A DNA stretch of 63,892 nucleotides, counting the filler, from Octopus bimaculoides (Eukaryota), in the NCBI RefSeq assembly GCF_001194135.2. It is 5 parts of 5 records of this genome, joined end to end, with 100 filler letters (N's around TTAATTAATTAA, not from the genome) between each part and the next. Parts side by side here need not be neighbours in the genome. Positions count along the whole stretch, not along the records: positions 59,713 to 63,892 come from NC_069007.1; 4 more parts are not named here. The stretch is one strand, 5' to 3'. The notes beneath the pieces are model-generated. The model did no database searches, was not told the DNA's origin, and saw only the letters and a list, made by a program, of their open reading frames with translations. A program made the translations under genes and the position numbers. How positions within the stretch are numbered: position 1 is the first letter of the stretch; each line of letters begins with the position of its first letter. Shown piece after piece: positions 59,775 to 63,892 of this stretch.

Positions 59775-60900
59775 TGTTCTCACTCTCTGCAAGTGGAGTC
59801 GGGATAGATGTAGATGATCAGTATTCTACAAAGAAGCAAATACGAGCACAGTTAGCCAGAGTCAATGTTGAATTCTGCAATTCTGTTAACTCCATTAAGA
59901 ATATTTCCAAATATATAAACAAAGGTTTGGAGGCTGCAGCATACACTCTTATGCAGAATGGCAGTGAGCAGATAAATAAGAATGACGGGAATGCACAGTA
60001 CGACAGAGGAAGACACACCAAGACCAATGAGGCTTTTTGGCGCATCTTCAATTTTCCCATTCATGAGAGGCACCCAGCCATCATTCATCTGTGTGTCCAT
60101 CTTATTTCTTTATTGCCCACAAGGGGCTAAACATAGAGAGGACAAACAAGGACAGATAAAGGGATTAAGTCGATTATATTGACCCCAGTGCGTAACTGGT
60201 ACTTAATTTATCGACCCCGAAAGGATGAAAGGCAAAGTCGACCTCGGCGGAATTTGAACTCAGCACGTAACGGCAGACGAAATACCGCTAAGCATTTCGC
60301 CCGGCGTGCTAACGTTTCTTACAGGTTATCTTGCAACATGCACTTTCTCCAAAAGAAACTATCCTTACTGACTTTTTTAAGTTGTGTCAAGTAGATGAAG
60401 ATGCAAGATAACTCCTTTATCCACAATTACTTAAGTATTACACCTGGAGAAACAATAAATGGCACAAGAGGAAACATGGGGATGATACTCTTACAAGAGT
60501 TTACAGCATCCCTGCAAGCCAAGTTGAATGCTACTACTTACGGCCCCTTTTGCATGAAGTACGTGGTCCCGGACCATTCCAAAATTCGAGGAGAGTAATT
60601 AATCATGCGTATGAAACTTATAGGGAAGCAGGCAATCAACAAGATTTTTTAGAAAAAATGATGAACATTGGGACCTCAGTGTCAGATTCTCCAAGGAAAC
60701 TCCATAACCTTTTTGCAATTGTACTGAACATGTGACAACTTGGCAGTCCGCTACAGCTTTGGATGAAACATGGTGAGGACATTGCTGAGGACTTAAAGTA
60801 TGCAGTTCAACAGGTAGACCCAGATATCAATATTCAGTTCTCTGAAACAATTTTTAACCAAGCACTGACTAAAATTGAGGATCAAGTTTTGGCCAGTTGT
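59775..60900 (+). mobile_element. Helitron Rep-helicase relic (end of Rep and linker), interrupted by a SINE
   Basis: VNVEFCNSVNSIKNISKYINKG...NEAFWRIFNFPIHERHPAIIHLCVHL | LTDFFKLC...KYYTW...TRVYSI...ECYYLRPLLHEVRGP...YETYREA...IFNQALTKIED. Confidence 0.92.
60101..60318 (-). mobile_element. Young SINE family B copy, slightly 5'-truncated
   Basis: Near-identical to 28561-28795. Confidence 0.95.
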
Positions 60901-61344
60901 GAAGCAGTAGTGGTGGTGGAGAGAAAACGCGCGCACGCGCGCACACACATGTAACTATATACAGAGATCTCTATCTGTCTGTCTGGATAGGATTTTCAGA
61001 AAAAGTGATCATCTGACTCATGCATTACGAATACAATCCGTAAAGCGGAACAGTAAAGTTGTACAACTTTTTTCTCGGGTTTAAAGTTTGACATTGTTTT
61101 CGTTATCTATATTTCAAAGATGAAGCTTTGCATCTTTGTTAAAAAATCTGGCTCCTTCTTCAGAGGAAGAATTTAAATAATTAAAAACAGAAAAGAACAT
61201 ACATACATGCATACGTATGAAATCATGTTGCGTAGGACATACATATATACGTGGAAAAGCTTGTTGCGTAGGACAGTACAACTACGAGTAGATATAATAT
61301 ATTGGATATATATACAATGTGTGTATAAAAAACAAATATATATT

Positions 61345-61376
<32 letters not shown>

Positions 61377-61784
61377 TACATACATGCAAATGTGTAGGCG
61401 TTTGTATGCACCAACCATAAATATATTAATAACTTTTATCATTTAGATGAATTCTGAATAACAAAACAAATGAATGTTGTTTGTGATTGGAACCGAATAC
61501 CATTGGTCAATAAGCTAATTTAAGTTGCTGACGTCATCAGTCATTCTCTCAATCTGCTTATCCGATTTTCTCTTTCTCTTTCTCGCTTTCCTTCTCTCTT
61601 ATTTTCTATGTTCCTTTGTTTCTATTTTCTTACAAAACTCTACACAACATTTACCAATAACAGTAAAACTTGTATGTTAGATGAACTATCACGTTCATAT
61701 AGACAGCCATCTTATAATACATTGAACTCAGTTGAACAAGTTGCTTCTCATGCTTATACATACGTCTGCATATGTCTTTTGTTC

Positions 61785-61925
61785 CCTATGGAGCAAAGGC
61801 AATCGACAGCTTCTCTCCACTCTCTTCGACTTTGAGCTGCCTTCTCTGTTTCCCCCCTGTTGGATCCCTACTTGTTCAGCCTTGTCTCAGCATCACACCT
61901 CTGGCTATGTTAAGGGCATCCACAC
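61785..61925 (-). mobile_element. RTE LINE C-terminal relic
   Basis: ETEKAAQSRREWREAVDCLCSIGNKK resembles RTE ORF2 ends (..AQDR..WR..V..LCS). Confidence 0.55.
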
Positions 61926-61929
61926 TGGA

Positions 61930-62213
61930 TTCAAGATCAGAGCTCTATCATTTATTCTTTTTCTTTTTACTTGTTTCAATCAATAGATTGCGGCCATGCT
62001 GGTGCACCTCATTGAAGAATTTTCACTCGTACGAATTGACCCCAGTACTTATTCATTTTGTTCTTAAGCCTGATACTTATTCGATCGTTATCTTTTGACG
62101 AACTGCTAAGGTAACGCTGACAGAAACAAAGCAACGGTGCTTGTCAAGCAGAGGTGGGTGACAAACAGAAACACAAAAACATACACGCACATATGTGTCT
62201 CTATCCATCTATT

Positions 62214-62272
<59 letters not shown>

Positions 62273-62381
62273 GTATGTATATATATACACATATATATAC
62301 ATACATATATATATATGTATATACATATATATACATATATATATATTATATACATATATATATGTGTATGTGTATATATAT

Positions 62382-62413
<32 letters not shown>

Positions 62414-62448
62414 NNNNNNNNNNNNNNNNNNNNNNNNNNNNNNNNNNN

Positions 62449-62484
<36 letters not shown>

Positions 62485-62662
62485 TATATATGTGTATATG
62501 TATATATGTATATGTGTATATATGTATATATACATTTCTTTCAGTTTCCGTCAACCAAATACGCTCACAAGGCTTAAGGCTTAGGTCACGCAATGGGACG
62601 GGACCGAAACCACACGGTCGGATGGTCGGGAAGCAAACTTCTTACCACACAGCTACGCCTGC
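61930..62662 (-). mobile_element. SINE family A with expanded internal microsatellite (tail 61930-62180, head 62535-62662)
   Basis: Both halves in the correct order and orientation around (CT)/(TA)/(TATG) tracts and a gap. Confidence 0.8.
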
Positions 62663-63299
62663 GCTTCTTCAGCGTTCTATCGTCTTCCAGCCCCATTCAG
62701 TTCGACATACAAATGTTGACGCCCTCTAGTCCCAGTTTAAGCTTCTTCCTTTTCTCTACAAGAGCGATTCTTTCTCATCTCTGCCATTTCACACTCTTCC
62801 GTTCTTCCACTTCGAGTCACTCAATAAGTTCTACGCTTTCTCGCCTCTCAATAATTTCGACACAGCTCTCCATACGCAGCTAAGTTGACGCAACCCTATT
62901 TCTGAAAAATGCCTTTATACTTTATCTTCCAGCTTGACGCGTTTCCCTCATTGCATTTTTCCCATTTTACCACCTTCCACCCATCATCTACTCCACCCTC
63001 CCAGTGGAACATTTTACATTTTCTGCAAGAATTGATGCTCTCCAATTTCTGCTAGTTAACTTAAGACAAAAGCTGGGTGTATAACATCAAAAACAAATAC
63101 CTTGTCAGTGCAAGACAAATGAGCCGCCGTTTCTCTGTGTTTTATTATTATTGGGTCTTCTTTTTTTGTATCGATTTAGTTATTACATGGTGTACGTAAT
63201 AATGTCAAAAGGATTATGGGTAAACAAAAAAATAATTCCACTGAGTACAAGATATTTCATATACAAATCATTCTCACACATATATATTGCGTTCTTATA

Positions 63300-63670
63300 T
63301 ACTTATAGACATTATAAAGAAAAGGAAAAAGAGAAAGAAGAAAAGAATATCCTGAAGAAGTGAAAGAAAGAGAAGAAAAGTGGAGGGGTGTGATAAGAAG
63401 TTTGAGAGTAGTAGTAGTAGGAAAAGGAGGAGGAAGAGGGGTGAGGAATGTGAGGAGGTGGAGGAGGAGGAAAACTATGCTGATGATGATGCAGACGATC
63501 ATGATTAAGATGATGATGATGATGAAGAAGAAGAAGAAGAAGAAGAAGAAGAAGAAGAAGAAGAAGAAGAAGAAGAATTGGAAGAAGGAGAAGAAGAAGA
63601 AGAAGAAGAAGAAGAAGAAGAAGAGCAACATCAACAACAAAAGCAGCAGCAGCAGCAGCAGCAACTAATA
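63300..63670 (+). repeat. Compound purine-rich trinucleotide tract (GAG/GAT/GAA/CAA/GCA)
   Basis: Direct reading; source of the poly-K/F/L pseudo-ORFs. Confidence 0.95.
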
Positions 63671-63892
63671 AACGAAGACAAGATGCAAACATAGAGAAAT
63701 AACTAAATGACGGAAATAAGAACCTATTGGTTTGTGGTTGTAAAGAATTATTGATTTCTTCCCCATATATTCTCTTGTGTTCAATTTATCATAGTAAAAA
63801 AAAAAAAATGGCGACATTCTGTTCGAGTTTTTTTATTTCCTATTCTTTGTTTTTGAACTTTTGTTGAACTTACTTGGCTTGTTTTTTTTTTT

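Noticed and set aside
5586-63692. Dozens of long ORFs in the track (poly-YI, HT, CV, X, K, L)
   Set aside because: Products of (TA)n, (CA)n, (TATG)n and (GAA)n microsatellites and N gaps read through; no coding signal.

Overview
AT-rich, microsatellite-dense, gap-ridden eukaryotic genomic DNA. The repeat families suggest an octopus, most likely an Octopus bimaculoides-type assembly; this is inferred from recalled cephalopod repeats, not from a search. No complete host gene is visible. Content: many SINE copies from at least four families, some with clear target-site duplications; DNA transposons (a full-length but dead mariner nested in a SINE inside a split hAT MITE, two more mariner relics, a maT/DD37D deletion derivative, Tigger/pogo and Merlin relics, several MITEs, a Helitron fragment); and LINE relics (RTE, CR1/L2-like, R4-like with restriction-like endonuclease, Penelope-like). 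The best host-gene evidence is one clean exon at 57475-57645 (+) and a CCAAT/TATA promoter candidate near 53.4 kb. The most interesting signal is a set of hammerhead-ribozyme motifs. Two have an intact catalytic core (19485-19562 +, 3156-3214 -). Three share a CCGAnGA (U4C) core variant. Also notable are a U6 snRNA-derived copy joined to a SINE and many fold-back structures. Four 44N-TTAATTAATTAA-44N spacers are artificial scaffold joins, so adjacency across them is unverified. Nearly all long ORFs in the supplied track are microsatellite or N artefacts.
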